64,000 nt of DNA from Candidatus Latescibacterota bacterium (GTDB lineage: Bacteria > Latescibacterota > UBA2968 > UBA8231). The stretch is taken from contig CBDCNM010000002.1 in NCBI GenBank assembly GCA_965219385.1, positions 902,639-966,638 on the forward strand, written 5' to 3'. Within the stretch, counting starts at the first letter, position 1; each line of letters starts with the position of its first letter. Positions 61,825 through 64,000 of this stretch are shown here, one piece after another. The translations under genes were made by a program, and so were the position numbers. The notes beneath the pieces were generated by a model. It was not told the origin of the DNA and searched no databases. It saw nothing but the letters and a program-made list of their open reading frames with translations.

Positions 61825-64000
61825 TTACGCACCGAACAGGTAGGCAGTTGTTTTATTAAGCCAACACCTATCGACATCTACCCGCGTCACAGGGTATTGT
61901 TTTAATTTTTGCATCAACCATTTGCGTTCGTACATTTTCACCTGATTTACACGACTGAGTTGACGAGTTTCTTTGGTAAATTCTCGATTCGTAACGACCA
62001 TAGGATGAAAGGTCGTACTATATTTTTCTTCATAAAACGGTTTTGCCGCAACAATCTCGCTCACGGCAGCACTTCCCGGTTTTCCATCCTCTTGACGCTG
62101 TTTGACCTGTATCAAAAGTCCACCGTCTTCTTCCTCATACTGATGAGCGATAACATCTGCGCCTTTGTCGCCTGAATAGGGAGTCAATTCGACGCGGTAC
62201 CCTTGCTTATTAAAAAGGGCGGCAACAAAAATCTCGAAGTATTCTGGCTCGAAGCTGTCAACATCTTCTATCGTCAGAGGAGGACCATTCTCTTTTTTAG
62301 CTTGCGCTTCTTGCAATCGGGTTAGAATATCTACAGGCTTTACTTCAGCTTGTTCAGTCGGGAATAGTGTTCCTTGTGAAAGTCGACTTTTTCGCTCAAG
62401 AAGTCCGTGCAGGATTACATCAAATGTTTGAAACTCCGGGTAGGTAGCCATTGGCAGGTAGATGTGAACAGGGCGCGTCTGCCCGATTCGATAAACCCGG
62501 TCACTCGCCTGATCTTCTTTTGCAGGATTCCACCAGCGGCTATAATGAATAACATGATTAGCTGCGGTTATGTTGAGTCCAACACCAGCGGCGAGTGGAG
62601 ACATGATAATGGCGTTGAAACCCGGAGCGGCTTGGAAACAATCGACGCTTTGTTGACGGCTCATCCTCATCGAATTTGCCCGTTGTGTGCTTCCGGGAGT
62701 ATCGCCATTCACGATAGAGACCTCCTCCAAACCAAAGTGTTCCCGAATGACATGGGCCAAAAGATGTTGCGTCTTTCGACGTTCAGCAAACAGAATCACC
62801 TTCTCATCAACAGAGCGATTTTTTTCGAGAAGCTCTACTGTCACCAGAAGTTTTGCCGATTGTTCGATTACCTCAGAGGTAGAAACCCGTTCCCATTGAG
62901 AATCAGCCAACAAGGGATGATCTGATATGTCACGTAACTGGTGCAGAACTTGCAAGATACGGTTGCGCGATTGCGGCCTTGTTGATTCGCTGTCTTGGGA
63001 AAATTGAAGTGTGGATCGATAGCGTTCAGCCTGTTTCGGCGACATCTCGCGTTGGCACTCTTCGACATGGATATGTTTTTCAGGGAGGTCGTCTAGAATA
63101 TCGGTTTTTAGCCGTCTTTTGAGGTGAACGCCGATGCGTTTCCGAATCTGCTCGCCAAGGTCTCGAATGTCGGTCTCAGGACGCTCAAGGGGGCGGCAAA
63201 AGTCGCGGTTAAAATTCTTCGCACTGTCGAGATAGCCCGGTGCCACAAAATCCGTGATGCACCACAAATCCATCAACGAGTTTTCAACAGGTGTTCCCGT
63301 CAGCGCGAGGCGAAAATCGGTTTTGAGTGCTTTTAAAGCGTTAGTGGCAAGCGTCCCCGGTGTCTTGATGCGTTGTGCTTCGTCAATGACAACGGTCGCC
63401 CACGAAATCAAGCCCAGATCCAACTGAAAGTCGCGGACGGTTTCATAAGTGGTGAGCACGAGATCGGCAACTCGGAGGAGTTTGACATTAAGCGCGCCGC
63501 GTTGTTTACGTAATTCTTGCAACCGCTCTGCACCTTCAATTTCTGGAACCTGGATGTCATCCGCGTCAGATGACTCGCACTTGAAGGTTTGCAACTCCTT
63601 TCCGTATAGCGTAATGAAATCTAGCGCACCCTTGTCAAAAAATTTCAGGTATTCCGCCCTCCAATTCTCCAAGAGCGCAATAGGTGCAACGATGAGATAC
63701 GGTTGGCGTTGTGACTGTTGCGAGCGATATTTCGCGTTATGCCACTCCAGAAAACAGAGCACTTGTAGCGTTTTGCCAAGTCCCATGTCATCGGCAAGCA
63801 GTCCGCCCGAATATTCCTTCTCTCGAAGTTGTTGTGTCCACGCAAGCCCTTCCTCTTGATGCGGCAGGAGTTTGAATTCCTGTTTCAGGTTTGGCGGGAA
63901 TTCAAGCAGATGACGGAACGGTTCTTCGATCCGAGCATTAGGGATTTGTTCAACATAATCGGAATCCTCAATGTTCTCCCCTATAATCAAGACCGGGGTT
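61825..64000 (-). CDS. zorD: SNF2-family helicase with C-terminal Mrr-like restriction endonuclease (ZorD-like), 5' end outside window
   Basis: LLADDMGLGKT, DEAQRIK, LTGTPVEN, GVGLN, WWNPAKEDQASDRVYRIGQ, then FEIFVAALF...SGDKGADV...IQVK...VVTN (Mrr). The gene symbol rests on architecture only. Confidence 0.7.
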   Translation of the reverse strand, partial: TPVLIIGENIEDSDYVEQIPNARIEEPFRHLLEFPPNLKQEFKLLPHQEEGLAWTQQLREKEYSGGLLADDMGLGKTLQVLCFLEWHNAKYRSQQSQRQPYLIVAPIALLENWRAEYLKFFDKGALDFITLYGKELQTFKCESSDADDIQVPEIEGAERLQELRKQRGALNVKLLRVADLVLTTYETVRDFQLDLGLISWATVVIDEAQRIKTPGTLATNALKALKTDFRLALTGTPVENSLMDLWCITDFVAPGYLDSAKNFNRDFCRPLERPETDIRDLGEQIRKRIGVHLKRRLKTDILDDLPEKHIHVEECQREMSPKQAERYRSTLQFSQDSESTRPQSRNRILQVLHQLRDISDHPLLADSQWERVSTSEVIEQSAKLLVTVELLEKNRSVDEKVILFAERRKTQHLLAHVIREHFGLEEVSIVNGDTPGSTQRANSMRMSRQQSVDCFQAAPGFNAIIMSPLAAGVGLNITAANHVIHYSRWWNPAKEDQASDRVYRIGQTRPVHIYLPMATYPEFQTFDVILHGLLERKSRLSQGTLFPTEQAEVKPVDILTRLQEAQAKKENGPPLTIEDVDSFEPEYFEIFVAALFNKQGYRVELTPYSGDKGADVIAHQYEEEDGGLLIQVKQRQEDGKPGSAAVSEIVAAKPFYEEKYSTTFHPMVVTNREFTKETRQLSRVNQVKMYERKWLMQKLKQYPVTRVDVDRCWLNKTTAYLFGA

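Overview
High-GC bacterial chromosomal segment. The gene style (WD40 and dockerin-like proteins, futalosine pathway, FlgD/T9SS-like C-terminal domain) suggests an FCB-group organism such as Ca. Latescibacterota/Gemmatimonadota; this is inference only. (1) Bases 1-8.9 kb are an IS pile-up. An IS1182-family element truncates a WD40 gene. A UvrD-like helicase is broken by a frameshift, an IS5/IS427 element and an IS701-like element. Two IS5/IS1031 copies form a 1128-bp inverted repeat, and each copy is fused through the same structured ~180-nt non-coding segment to the left end of a different IS701-like element (one full-length, one miniature). (2) The middle is mostly housekeeping and metabolism: SDR, purH-like, dapAB, glmU-like, ppk1, mqnBD, hisS, UbiA/DGGGPS-like, HU, RND efflux, sensor kinase, clpP, mutM, anaerobic sulfatase maturase. 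(3) The best candidate for an undescribed system is at 13.9-21.5 kb: tolC plus two paralogous proteins that graft a membrane-fusion-protein-like alpha-hairpin onto a COG1470/NEW3 Ig-like stack with a C-terminal membrane anchor, divergent from an ABC permease and ATPase. An acyl-carrier-protein fragment cassette lies between duplicated copies of the ATPase upstream region. (4) The window ends in a low-GC SNF2-helicase/Mrr-nuclease gene with the architecture of Zorya ZorD. No rRNA, tRNA or CRISPR array was recognised. Family assignments come from motif recognition, not database searches.
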